Source of the DNA: an uncultured virus (IMG/VR IMGVR_UViG_3300042288_002474)
Taxonomy: Duplodnaviria; Heunggongvirae; Uroviricota; Caudoviricetes
Strand: one strand, 5' to 3'
Virus record (IMG/VR): IMGVR_UViG_3300042288_002474
DNA length: 64,000 bases
In this document: piece by piece, positions 47,806-56,747 of the stretch
How positions within the stretch are numbered: the first letter of the stretch is position 1
Layout: each line of letters begins with the position of its first letter
Position numbers and translations under genes: made by a program
The notes under the pieces: generated by a model
Database searches by the model: none
What the model was told of the DNA's origin: nothing
The model's input: the letters and a program-made list of their open reading frames with translations, nothing else

Positions 47806-47834
47806 TTGCACTTTAATTTTTTTTGTGCTATGGT
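47806..47834 (+). promoter_or_regulatory. Promoter antisense to the rep leader
   Basis: TTGCAC-17 nt-TATGGT with extended TGn. Confidence 0.6.
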
Positions 47835-47840
47835 TTGAGA

Positions 47841-47920
47841 ATAAGCATTTTCCCTAATCGGACTTTACTTTTTACTTAACTGCCAACAAAGCCCGTCGCC
47901 TGAGTCGCTGCGGGCTTTTT
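47841..47920 (+). ncRNA. Candidate ~80-nt antisense (countertranscript) RNA
   Basis: Lies between promoter 47806-47834 and terminator AAAGCCCG..CGGGCTTTTT; no ORF of note. Confidence 0.45.
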
Positions 47921-47990
47921 GGTGTCCAGTTTTACCTACCTGATGCTCTATCCATAGTTTTAAAAAAATTATTCTTTCTTTACATAACAT

Positions 47991-48019
47991 ATATTACCAT
48001 CACTCTATACCGTCGTCAA
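47991..48019 (-). promoter_or_regulatory. Conserved phage promoter for rep
   Basis: TTGACG-ACGGTATA..(17 nt)-TAATAT. Confidence 0.75.
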
Positions 48020-48037
48020 GGGGTGTGGTAATTTTAT

Positions 48038-48089
48038 AAGACCTCGCGGTAAGCGTAAAACTCAGCGGCTTTAGCCCTGAGAGTGTCAA
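48038..48089 (+). mobile_element. IS200/IS605-family end remnant (solo hairpin)
   Basis: GCGGTAAGCGTAAAA + CTCAG(C)GGC-TTTA-GCCCTGAG hairpin + AGTGTCAA. Confidence 0.45.
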
Positions 48090-48109
48090 AATTATTTTCC
48101 ATAAGGTAC

Positions 48110-48138
48110 TTGACGACGGTATAGAAGTTGTGTATAGT
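48110..48138 (+). promoter_or_regulatory. Conserved phage promoter, divergent from rep
   Basis: TTGACG-ACGGTATA..(17 nt)-TATAGT. Confidence 0.8.
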
Positions 48139-48165
48139 TAGAGAAAGTAAGTTAAACATAAGAAA

Positions 48166-48495
48166 ATGGCTAAAAAAGCATTAGGAATTGAAATTAAAGA
48201 GTTCTTGAAAGATGGATTCCCAGAAGGGTTTATCCATGATTTTGATGAATCTGGTGACTCGGACTTAGAACTTGAGGAAGTTTTAATAGACGAGGAAGTT
48301 TACGATTTGTCAGATAGTATGTTTGGCTGGTTGGTCTTGGAGGATGATGATTTGGTTAAAAAAACTTTTTCCCAAGCTTTTTCTGCTTGGAAAAGAAAAA
48401 CGGCTGTAAGCTATTTGCTTGTTGAAGTTCCCAAAAATAAGCTAGATGAAGCGAAAACGAAAATTATCGAATTAGGATACAAGATTAAGGGGTAA
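48166..48495 (+). CDS. Acidic hypothetical protein
   Basis: 109 aa; partially similar to the next gene. Confidence 0.7.
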   Translation: MAKKALGIEIKEFLKDGFPEGFIHDFDESGDSDLELEEVLIDEEVYDLSDSMFGWLVLEDDDLVKKTFSQAFSAWKRKTAVSYLLVEVPKNKLDEAKTKIIELGYKIKG

Positions 48496-48496
48496 A

Positions 48497-48814
48497 ATGG
48501 CTAAAACAGAAAGACATTTCTTAGGTCAAGAAATTAAAGTGTTCTTACGTTCGGAATTAGTTAAAAGTTATCCTCATCACTTTTTTCCTGATGAAGACAG
48601 AATAGTTTTTGAGAAATTAACTTTTGTTGGCGTTTACGACTTGTGGGATAGGAGTTTTGGCTACTTTACTCATGAAGCCGTTAATGAAATTCGTGCATTT
48701 GTGATTAGTGAAGAATTAGTACATCTGTCCCAAGAAAAGCTTAATAAAATCCTAGAAATTATTAAGGATGGGGAAGGAGAAGGATTAAATAACTTTAGTT
48801 TAGGAGACAAATAA
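48497..48814 (+). CDS. Hypothetical protein, probable paralog of 48166-48495
   Basis: Shares MAK..LG.EIK.FL and VYDL.D..FG. Confidence 0.7.
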   Translation: MAKTERHFLGQEIKVFLRSELVKSYPHHFFPDEDRIVFEKLTFVGVYDLWDRSFGYFTHEAVNEIRAFVISEELVHLSQEKLNKILEIIKDGEGEGLNNFSLGDK

Positions 48815-48903
48815 AAGTGGCAGAAAAGTTAAAGTTAAAAGTTGGTGACAAGCAGACCTGAGCCGAAAGGTAAAACATTAGGACACGATACTTATTAGGT
48901 AAT

Positions 48904-50607
48904 ATGCTCCCACACATCCAAAGAAGACCACATCAAATTAAAGCACTGGAGGTAGCTAGGGACATTTTAAACAGAGGCAAAATTCCCTGCCTAACTATCC
49001 CCACTGGCGGAGGTAAAACTTTAGTTGGGGTTGATATTGCAGAAAAAGCAATTACATTTAATCCCAACTCAAAAGTCCTAATAATCTCAAATTTATCTCC
49101 GTTAATGTCACAGTGGGATGAATCAGTTTATGGATTTTTAGGTGCGGAAGCTAGCGCCTTTACTGATTTTCTTTGGGGTAAGAAAAATAGGTCAGAAAGT
49201 TATTTAGAGAGTAAAAAAATCATCATTGCGATGGCTCAAACCATTGAGTCAAGAAAATGGATACCCTCTAATGTTTCAGTTGTAATTTGGGATGAGGCTC
49301 ATTTAAGTTGGTTTCGCCAAATCTGTAAAGAGGTAATTTTTAATTTAGCCCCAAACGCCAACCACATACTTTTAACAGCCACTCCCCATAGATTAGACGG
49401 TCAAGAGTTTGGCAGAAATGTAGAGATTAACCAAGTTATTTCGTTAAGAGAATTAATTTCGCAAAGCTATTTAGTTCCCTTCCGAGCTAAAAGAATTGGT
49501 GATTTTAAAGTCTCCGCTAAGGTAAATAAAAACGATGGGAGCGACTACACTACAGCAGAAATTGAACAAGTTTTCGAGAAGTGTAGTCCAGAAAAAGTAT
49601 ATGAGGAGTGGCTTAAGAACGGTTGTAGGGAAATGCCCACCATTGGAGTTGCACCATCAAAAGCGCAGTGCAAAAAATACTCCGATTACTTTATTTCCCA
49701 AGGAGTCCCTTCTATAGTTGTTGCTGATGAAACACCAGAGGGTAACGCTAGTAAAGAAGAGGAGGAAATTAAAGAATTTTATTTAAGTGGAACTTTACCA
49801 AAAACTCGGCGCGGGGCTTGCGCTTTGTTTCGCCAAGGTAGAATTATGCTTTGGTCGGTAAGGGTTTTGACGATTGGTTTTGACGAGCCTTGCGCTCAAG
49901 CAATGCTCTTTTTAAGTGCTACGAAATCCCCAGGACAATTAACCCAATGCGTTGGGCGTGTCTTGAGGTTATTTAAGGGTAATGAATTTTTACCTCCCAA
50001 AACTTCCTCTTTAATCCTGGATTTTACTGGTTCTATGGTTCTGCTAGGAAGGCCAGATGAAATTGAGGATTGGAACGACGTTAAAATAAATGAGGGTAAA
50101 GAATGTCCCACTTGTTCATACATTTGCGGAAAGTCCCAACATAAATGCCCCGACTGCGGCTACGAATTTCCCAAAGCTAAACCTAAACCTAAAGAAGAAA
50201 ATAGTTTGGAATTAGTAGGTTTGGACTTAAAAGATGACGTAGAAGACGATAGGGAGATGGAAGAGATTCCTTTCTTGGACAGGAATGCGCCACCGCAAGA
50301 ATTTTATCAACTAATCCTAAAAAGACTGTATGCGTCAAGCACAAATCCAGACAAAGGTTACTACGAATTTCGCACGGTTAAAAAGTTTGACCCTCATCCT
50401 AGTTGGGTTACTCACGCTGTTTTTGGTACAGATCCTAGTTTTAATGACGTTACTCACTATTTTGCATATTTAAGAAAAATCCAAAGCTTTTCTAGTAAAT
50501 CAGAGAAATGGGTTTGGCAAAAAATGGAAGGGGAATTTGGAGAAGCTTTAACTCCAATTTGGCGATCGCATCTCACGAATAATCTGAAAGTAGTTTTAGC
50601 AGGGTAA
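48904..50607 (+). CDS. SF2 DEAH-box helicase with zinc ribbon
   Basis: PTGGGKT, DEAH, TATP, GFD.P, QCVGRVLR, CPTC..CPDC. Confidence 0.92.
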   Translation: MLPHIQRRPHQIKALEVARDILNRGKIPCLTIPTGGGKTLVGVDIAEKAITFNPNSKVLIISNLSPLMSQWDESVYGFLGAEASAFTDFLWGKKNRSESYLESKKIIIAMAQTIESRKWIPSNVSVVIWDEAHLSWFRQICKEVIFNLAPNANHILLTATPHRLDGQEFGRNVEINQVISLRELISQSYLVPFRAKRIGDFKVSAKVNKNDGSDYTTAEIEQVFEKCSPEKVYEEWLKNGCREMPTIGVAPSKAQCKKYSDYFISQGVPSIVVADETPEGNASKEEEEIKEFYLSGTLPKTRRGACALFRQGRIMLWSVRVLTIGFDEPCAQAMLFLSATKSPGQLTQCVGRVLRLFKGNEFLPPKTSSLILDFTGSMVLLGRPDEIEDWNDVKINEGKECPTCSYICGKSQHKCPDCGYEFPKAKPKPKEENSLELVGLDLKDDVEDDREMEEIPFLDRNAPPQEFYQLILKRLYASSTNPDKGYYEFRTVKKFDPHPSWVTHAVFGTDPSFNDVTHYFAYLRKIQSFSSKSEKWVWQKMEGEFGEALTPIWRSHLTNNLKVVLAG

Positions 50608-50614
50608 GGGAAAT

Positions 50615-50905
50615 ATGCAAGTGCAAGAAAAAGTTAAAGTTAGTAGTGATTGGAAAATCCCTAAAAAAGAATTGCCAAGAGAGGGTGAAATGTGTTTAGT
50701 AATGACTTCCGGTAGTGAATTGCCTATTTATTGCACATTCATGAATGGATTATTTTACGTCGTCACCACTAAGTTTACTAAAAAAAACTTTCACTTAAAG
50801 TTGGATGAGTTAACAGAAAGAGTGAATGTCTTAGGTTGGCGTAGTGATTTCGGGACTTTACTTTTAAAAAAACATACAAGGTTAAAAAAATGTCAAAATA
50901 CATAA
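50615..50905 (+). CDS. Hypothetical protein
   Basis: 96 aa in operon. Confidence 0.55.
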   Translation: MQVQEKVKVSSDWKIPKKELPREGEMCLVMTSGSELPIYCTFMNGLFYVVTTKFTKKNFHLKLDELTERVNVLGWRSDFGTLLLKKHTRLKKCQNT

Positions 50906-51186
50906 TTAAGGGACATATCGTAAAAGTCATTAACACCTTCTCCTTAGAGGATATTCCGACTAAATTAATTTATATTAATGATGAGAAAGTCGGGTTTTAT
51001 CAGTCGCGCTGGTATAGTAAAGAAAAGAAATTAAGCATTAGCACCCCTAATGTTGAGCTAAGAAAATTAGGGGTACAGAATTGGGACGGTGATTTGGATG
51101 ATATAGAATTTAGTGATGATAAGGATTTGTTATCGTTTATCTTTGGCGGATTAAAAATTAGTAGCGTAGTAGCTGTAGAGGAATAA
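50890..51186 (+). CDS. Hypothetical protein
   Basis: 98 aa followed by a terminator. Confidence 0.6.
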   Translation: MSKYIIKGHIVKVINTFSLEDIPTKLIYINDEKVGFYQSRWYSKEKKLSISTPNVELRKLGVQNWDGDLDDIEFSDDKDLLSFIFGGLKISSVVAVEE

Positions 51187-51230
51187 TTTAAAACCCCTTC
51201 TAAAGTTTTATTTTTAGAAGGGGTTTTAAA
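51187..51230. terminator. Bidirectional terminator
   Basis: TTTAAAACCCCTTCTAAA / TTTAGAAGGGGTTTTAAA. Confidence 0.75.
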
Positions 51231-51238
51231 GTTTTTGC

Positions 51239-51319
51239 CTACGAGTACGGGAGTCGAACCCGCTTGCACCGCATTTGTTATCCTCTCTGTGCGGAAAATC
51301 TTCATTCCGCCAACTCGCA
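51239..51319 (-). ncRNA. tRNA-like element with atypical anticodon region
   Basis: 7-bp acceptor stem TGCGAGT/ACTCGTA, A-box-like TGGCGGAATG, T-arm GCGGG-TTCGACT-CCCGT; no canonical 7-nt anticodon loop; no encoded CCA. Confidence 0.55.
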
Positions 51320-51578
51320 GGTTTATATTGTTACATTAATTAACTTCAGGAGGAAGGTACAAGTCGTCTCCAGGCAACCGCCTTTCTGTAATTTCTTCCC
51401 TGTCGTTACTTAATATTAATGGGTATATTAATGGGTTATTTTTGCCCTTGCGCGATCTTATCCTTGGGACGGTCATTGTGAATATTTGTAGTTTGTTTTG
51501 CATTTTCCTAATCTTCTTTAACTTGTGGGATATTTTATATTATACTATACTATAGATATACCCAAATAAAAAGTTAAA

Positions 51579-52397
51579 ATGCCATTAATTAATCAAAATC
51601 CCAATTACGTCCCCAATGTTCCTAATATTGGGATAGAGGAATTAAATAGGGTAAAATCTTATGCCTTAGAAGGTAGGGAAAATAACGAAGAAGCTTGTGG
51701 AATTATCCTTAAAAATAATAAGGAAGTTTTAAATTTAAGGAACGCTCACCCTGTCCCAGAGGATAGCTTTAGAATTACCTTAACTGACTTTAAAAAAGAA
51801 GATATTTTATTATTTTGGCACTCGCACTTTAAGGACTCTCATCAAGGAAGTTTTACGTCCCAAGATTTAGCCTTAGCTAATTATTTAAACATACCATCTT
51901 TGCTTTACCACGCCCATGAAGATTTTAATAACTGGGATTATTACGAACCTTCAAACCCCAATCCTTATCCATTAAATAAAATTAATTATAGTCCCGATGA
52001 AATAGAATTTTACTTAGGATGGCGTTTTGATTGGGGGCGGACAGATTGCTTTGCATTAGTCCGTAGATATTTCTTAGGTGCTTTAAATATAGAAATTGGG
52101 GAATGGAAACGCCCAGAAGAACCGCCCAGTAACGGTAATCTTAATTGGTCATTTGAGGATTATTGGGATTTCTCCCAAAGTTTTAATAAATTACCATTAC
52201 ATTCTTCCCAATTTAAGCTAAATGATATTTTTGGCATTGCCTTAAGAGGTGGCGGAAAAGCTAATCACTTAGCTGTATTAATTAACCCAGAATTAAACTT
52301 AATCCTTCACAGTCCTGGTGTGCGCCAAAAAAGCAGGTTGGATGTTTTTGACGATAATTGGCGAAAATTAGTGGTTAATCACGGGAGGCTAAAATAA
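51579..52397 (+). CDS. Tail tip assembly protein (lambda gpK-like, JAB/MPN plus NlpC/P60)
   Basis: EACG, WHSH..S.QD, DCFALVRRY, NHLAV, ILH. Confidence 0.85.
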   Translation: MPLINQNPNYVPNVPNIGIEELNRVKSYALEGRENNEEACGIILKNNKEVLNLRNAHPVPEDSFRITLTDFKKEDILLFWHSHFKDSHQGSFTSQDLALANYLNIPSLLYHAHEDFNNWDYYEPSNPNPYPLNKINYSPDEIEFYLGWRFDWGRTDCFALVRRYFLGALNIEIGEWKRPEEPPSNGNLNWSFEDYWDFSQSFNKLPLHSSQFKLNDIFGIALRGGGKANHLAVLINPELNLILHSPGVRQKSRLDVFDDNWRKLVVNHGRLK

Positions 52398-52984
52398 TGT
52401 TAACTAAAATAATCCTTAAGGGAAATTTAGGGGAAAAGTTTGGGGAAGAGTTTAATGCAAGCGTAGAAAATCCTAAAGAGGTAATTGATTTTTTATCCTC
52501 GCAATTCCCCGACTTTAAAAACTTTGTACTTTCCCAAAGGGAATCTCAATATAAGATAACTTGCGTTGGCGAAAATTGGGAAAAAGAATTAACGCCGCAT
52601 GACCCCAATCTCCAACTCTTCCCTATTTCTGGCAAAACAATAATCATAGAAGAGGTTTTCGAGGGTAGCGGGGATGGGTTTATGCGATTTCTTTCACCCA
52701 TATTATTAATTAGTGTGGGGATTATAACTAGTAATACGGCTCTAATTGTTGGCGGAATTGTCCAAGGACTCCAAAGTATTTTATTTGGATACCCACCTAA
52801 ACCAACGGAAGACAAGCGTAGTGTAAATTTCCAGGGAGGCAGCGCTAGAACTCAAGAGGGAACGCCTATCCCGATAGCTATTGGCAGTCAGGTAAAAATT
52901 AAGGATGTGATGATATTGACTTACGATATAGTGTCGGAATATACTAATGTCGGTGGCGGCGGTAGTGGCGGAAAGGGTAAATAA
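52397..52984 (+). CDS. Tail assembly protein (lambda gpI-like)
   Basis: I.LKGNLGEKFG, hydrophobic segment, QEGTPIPI..G. Confidence 0.85.
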   Translation: MLTKIILKGNLGEKFGEEFNASVENPKEVIDFLSSQFPDFKNFVLSQRESQYKITCVGENWEKELTPHDPNLQLFPISGKTIIIEEVFEGSGDGFMRFLSPILLISVGIITSNTALIVGGIVQGLQSILFGYPPKPTEDKRSVNFQGGSARTQEGTPIPIAIGSQVKIKDVMILTYDIVSEYTNVGGGGSGGKGK

Positions 52985-52986
52985 TT

Positions 52987-55221
52987 ATGGGATTTGGTAG
53001 GAAAGAGAGGGAAAATGCGCCCGTTAGTGGCACAACTAAAGATTATATTAGAGGCATTGCCGGACTTTGCGAGGGAGTGATTGAGGGTTTACCCAATGGA
53101 AGTAAGGATATTTCCCTAAACGGGACTCCCTTACAAAACAGTGACGACAGCTTTAATTTCCTGAATTTTTCTTGGGATTTAAGAGTTGGGACTAAAGATC
53201 AAACAGCTTTTCCGAATGGCTTAAACGAAACTTCAATAGACAACACTATAAATGTTGAAGTAACCAATTCTTTAAGCGCAACCCGCACCGTATTTAATGC
53301 AGATGTTACAGCTTTAAGGATTAGGCTGGCTATTCAATTAGATAATAAAGGGCAGGAAGATAGCATAACTTTTAGGATTTTAGTTAAGGAAGGTAGCGGT
53401 GGTTCTTTTATTGAGAAAGCCGTCCCTACTATTAGTGGGAGATTTCCTACATTTACTACTTTCCAATACTTCTACCAAGTAGATGAAACTTTAGACGAGT
53501 ATTCCGTAAGAGTAGAAAAAATCTCTGATGATTCTGTAACAACAGATTTAGTAAGATCCTTACAATGGTTAACTTTTACTGAAGTTGTTCAGAAACAAAT
53601 TGCTTATATCGGCACAGCCTTAATTGCCTACAATTTTAATAGTGAGTTGTTCACATCCGATCCAGAAGTTTCGTTATTTTTAGCTGGCAGTATTTTTTCT
53701 ATTCCCACTAATTCCACTATTAATACTTTAAGGACAGATAGAGGATTAACTTTTAGCGGTGGTTGGGATGGAAACTTTTTTACTCCAACTTTGGCGACGA
53801 CTGACCCAGCTTGGGCGGTTTATGCTTTATTTACTAGGAGTAGGCAGGACGGCGGTTTAGGTTATTCCACTACTCAAGTTAATAAGTGGGATTTATACCA
53901 ATGCTCCGTTTATAATAATGTATTAATAAGCAATGGTTTTGGTGGTACAGAAAGGCGTTACAGTTTTAACGGCTTAATAACTCAGCAGCAAGTAACAATT
54001 GAAACAATTAGGGGAATTTGTGCGACTTTTGCAACAAAACCTTATTGGGACGGAACTCAGTGGCGTTTTTGGCAACAGCGACCTACGACTGTGTTGCCAA
54101 GAATTTTGTGTAACGCTGACGTAAGAGACGGGAAATTTTCTCCATCACAAGGTGAGTACCAAGCGATAACCACAGCTTGCAAAGTTTGGTACACCGATCC
54201 AACTAATGATTATGAACAAAGTCCTGAACCAGTGGAAGTAGCTGAGGCAATAACTAAATATGGATATCATCAGGAAGAATTTACAGCTTTAGGAATTATT
54301 ACTCGCGGCGCGGCTATTAGAGCGGGGCGCAGAATTATTTACAATTCGCTACCTAAATATAATAAGCAAATTACTTTTGAGTGTAGACCTCATGCAATAT
54401 TTTTTAAACCTGGAGAGGTGGTACAAATCGCCGATAGTGCTAGAGGTAGGCAAAGAAAAGCTGGGCTTATTTCATCTGCCACTTCTACGGCTATTACTTT
54501 AGATGCTCCAACGTCTGTTAGTGGAAGTGATGCGGTAATTGTTTTAACTTTAACCGACGAATCTAATAATATCTATACCTTAGAAAGAGATATCTCAAAT
54601 GCAGCAGGAACGCATACGATAATTAATGTTTCGCAGTCCCTTTCGGTATTGCCATTGCCACACTCAACGTGGCAAATAGTAGACGGATCGGTAACTTTGC
54701 ATCGTTACCAAATTTTAGATATTAGTCCATCCGACAATCCATTATTTTTTAGCATTACTGCTAAACTTTATGATCCGGATTTAGAAAGTAAAATAGAGTC
54801 TGGAATAAGTATTACGGAATGGCCTGCCATTAACAGACCTCCTGCCGTTATGACTCCTCCCAATAACCTTGTCGTAAATATTTTAAGTGATGAAGTAGGG
54901 ATAGAGTCTTATTGGGAACAACCTACAAGAATAGGCGGAGGGTTAGAAAGTTATACAAAATCTTATATTGCAGAATATAAGATTGGGCTAAACGGAAGTT
55001 GGGGAAACAGAATTAGTACCGTAAATTTATATGCTTCTTGGAATTTTCCCACAATTTTAACTACCACTTATTACGTTAGGGTCGCTGCTATTTCAACGCA
55101 AGGTAAAACTTCCCGATGGGTCGTACAATCCAAAGCTTATGCACAGATAAGTTGGACTGGATTAAGTGAGGATTCCTGGCTTACTGTGGGAGAAGATGAA
55201 TGGTTCGGAATGGGTGTATAA
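52987..55221 (+). CDS. Central tail tip / host specificity protein (lambda gpJ-like)
   Basis: EG.IEGL, LNGTPL, TTDPAW, RYSFNG, PGEVVQIAD, C-terminal FN3-like region. Confidence 0.88.
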   Translation: MGFGRKERENAPVSGTTKDYIRGIAGLCEGVIEGLPNGSKDISLNGTPLQNSDDSFNFLNFSWDLRVGTKDQTAFPNGLNETSIDNTINVEVTNSLSATRTVFNADVTALRIRLAIQLDNKGQEDSITFRILVKEGSGGSFIEKAVPTISGRFPTFTTFQYFYQVDETLDEYSVRVEKISDDSVTTDLVRSLQWLTFTEVVQKQIAYIGTALIAYNFNSELFTSDPEVSLFLAGSIFSIPTNSTINTLRTDRGLTFSGGWDGNFFTPTLATTDPAWAVYALFTRSRQDGGLGYSTTQVNKWDLYQCSVYNNVLISNGFGGTERRYSFNGLITQQQVTIETIRGICATFATKPYWDGTQWRFWQQRPTTVLPRILCNADVRDGKFSPSQGEYQAITTACKVWYTDPTNDYEQSPEPVEVAEAITKYGYHQEEFTALGIITRGAAIRAGRRIIYNSLPKYNKQITFECRPHAIFFKPGEVVQIADSARGRQRKAGLISSATSTAITLDAPTSVSGSDAVIVLTLTDESNNIYTLERDISNAAGTHTIINVSQSLSVLPLPHSTWQIVDGSVTLHRYQILDISPSDNPLFFSITAKLYDPDLESKIESGISITEWPAINRPPAVMTPPNNLVVNILSDEVGIESYWEQPTRIGGGLESYTKSYIAEYKIGLNGSWGNRISTVNLYASWNFPTILTTTYYVRVAAISTQGKTSRWVVQSKAYAQISWTGLSEDSWLTVGEDEWFGMGV

Positions 55222-55256
55222 TACAATACTAAACAATACTAAGGAGGTAATTAAAT

Positions 55257-55889
55257 ATGCCCACTTTAACGGGATATAAAAGGGATACTTTAGCGGATTT
55301 ATTAGCGATTCCCGCCGATAAAAGAGCAAACGGATTAAATATAAAAGTCCTAAGTCTTAGGAGTTGGTTTCAGTTTGAATCTTCAGCAACGACTGGAGGA
55401 TTCGCTCCTGACGACAACCCCAGTACGGGGCGGTGGTTTCCTGATCAAAACGCAACAGGAGTTTTAACCACTTTATTAACGGGATTTTCTGTAGGAAGCG
55501 CGATAGCAATAGCCGCAACCGACACTATTTTGCAAGCCTTTGGAAAGATCCAGTCCTTGCTTAATTCTAAGACGGATAAGTTATTGGTAATTAATTCCCA
55601 AACCGCATCTTATACCCTAATTTTAAGTGACGCAGACAAGTTAGTAGAAATGAATGTCTCCGCAAGCAATAACTTAACAATTCCGCCCAATGTAGATGCG
55701 GCTTTCCCTATTGGGACACAAATTTTAATTGCCCAATATGGATCGGGACAAACAACTTTGGTAGGAGGAGTTGGCGTGAATTTAAGAAGCGATGGTAATA
55801 AGTTGAAAATCTCCACACAATACTCAGGTGTAACTTTAGTTAAAAGAGGTGTTAATGAGTGGTATGTGTTCGGGAGTTTGGCGGCATGA
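55257..55889 (+). CDS. Tail fibre-like protein
   Basis: ATDTILQAFGKIQ and INSQTASYTL..SD..FPIGT..W...G motifs. Confidence 0.7.
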   Translation: MPTLTGYKRDTLADLLAIPADKRANGLNIKVLSLRSWFQFESSATTGGFAPDDNPSTGRWFPDQNATGVLTTLLTGFSVGSAIAIAATDTILQAFGKIQSLLNSKTDKLLVINSQTASYTLILSDADKLVEMNVSASNNLTIPPNVDAAFPIGTQILIAQYGSGQTTLVGGVGVNLRSDGNKLKISTQYSGVTLVKRGVNEWYVFGSLAA

Positions 55890-56677
55890 TATTAAGTAAT
55901 AATGGAATTATTCAGTCGGGTAAAAGCTTAGGTGGCGGGGGTGGTGGTGGTGCAGATCCTTTTGCCGCAAACGTAGTTCTATTTCTTAAAGGCAATGGCA
56001 CTAATAATACGAATATTGTTGATAATTCTAGTTTTAATCATTCAATCATGAACCAAAACGGAGTAATCAACACAATTAACCCTAAAAAGTATGGTCTTGG
56101 TAGTTTGTTTTTTTCGGGTGCTAACCACCTCGCCCTAGGTTCTGATTTTGTGTCTAATTTTGTGTCTAATTTTGAACCCTTTGCAGGGAGCAAAAAAACT
56201 ATAGATTCTTTGATCAAAATAGACGAACCAGCGACATATTGGGTATCAGGCATAATCGGGAATTATAGAGCTGTATCGGCTAATGGTCGCTGGCGAATGG
56301 GTTATACTACTTCATCTTCATTAATAAATCCAAATCCCACGATATCCCTACACTTCACTTGGACTACAAGCCAAGGTACTGAGACTGAAGTAGTTTTTAC
56401 TCAACCTTATGTAAATGATTTCAATCATTTAGCCGCTTGCATAGATTCTACAATACCTCAAGCAACTATTATCTATCTTTGCATTAATGGAGTAGTTCAA
56501 GCCTTTAACAATAATAACTTTGCAAGTCAAACAACTTTATTCAATGCCCATACTATTGGCGGAGGCATGGATTACACAACTGCCATAAAAGCTCATGTAA
56601 ATGTTTTGAGGCTTACAAAAAACGTCAGGTACACAGCCAACTTTAATGTTGAAACTGACACTTACTTGAATGTTTAG
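55886..56677 (+). CDS. LamG/concanavalin-like domain protein (putative receptor binding)
   Basis: ATGA overlap start at 55886; poly-Gly linker; DP..ANVVL, KYG.GSL.F, LRLTK.VRYTANF. Confidence 0.7.
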   Translation: MILSNNGIIQSGKSLGGGGGGGADPFAANVVLFLKGNGTNNTNIVDNSSFNHSIMNQNGVINTINPKKYGLGSLFFSGANHLALGSDFVSNFVSNFEPFAGSKKTIDSLIKIDEPATYWVSGIIGNYRAVSANGRWRMGYTTSSSLINPNPTISLHFTWTTSQGTETEVVFTQPYVNDFNHLAACIDSTIPQATIIYLCINGVVQAFNNNNFASQTTLFNAHTIGGGMDYTTAIKAHVNVLRLTKNVRYTANFNVETDTYLNV

Positions 56678-56747
56678 TTATGAAATTCAACAACTACTAT
56701 CTGATTTATTCAAAAAACCATAGCTCGGTTCGCGCAGGTATACAAAT

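Noticed and set aside
48855..48880. Hammerhead-like CTGA-GCCGAAAGGT-AAAAC
   Set aside because: Lacks the CUGANGA and GAAA core nucleotides and the flanking stems
51000..51305. 101-aa minus-strand ORF
   Set aside because: Crosses the tRNA-like element, a terminator and an opposite-strand gene
55886..56677. Diversity-generating retroelement target
   Set aside because: Asn-rich, but no reverse transcriptase or template repeat seen in the window
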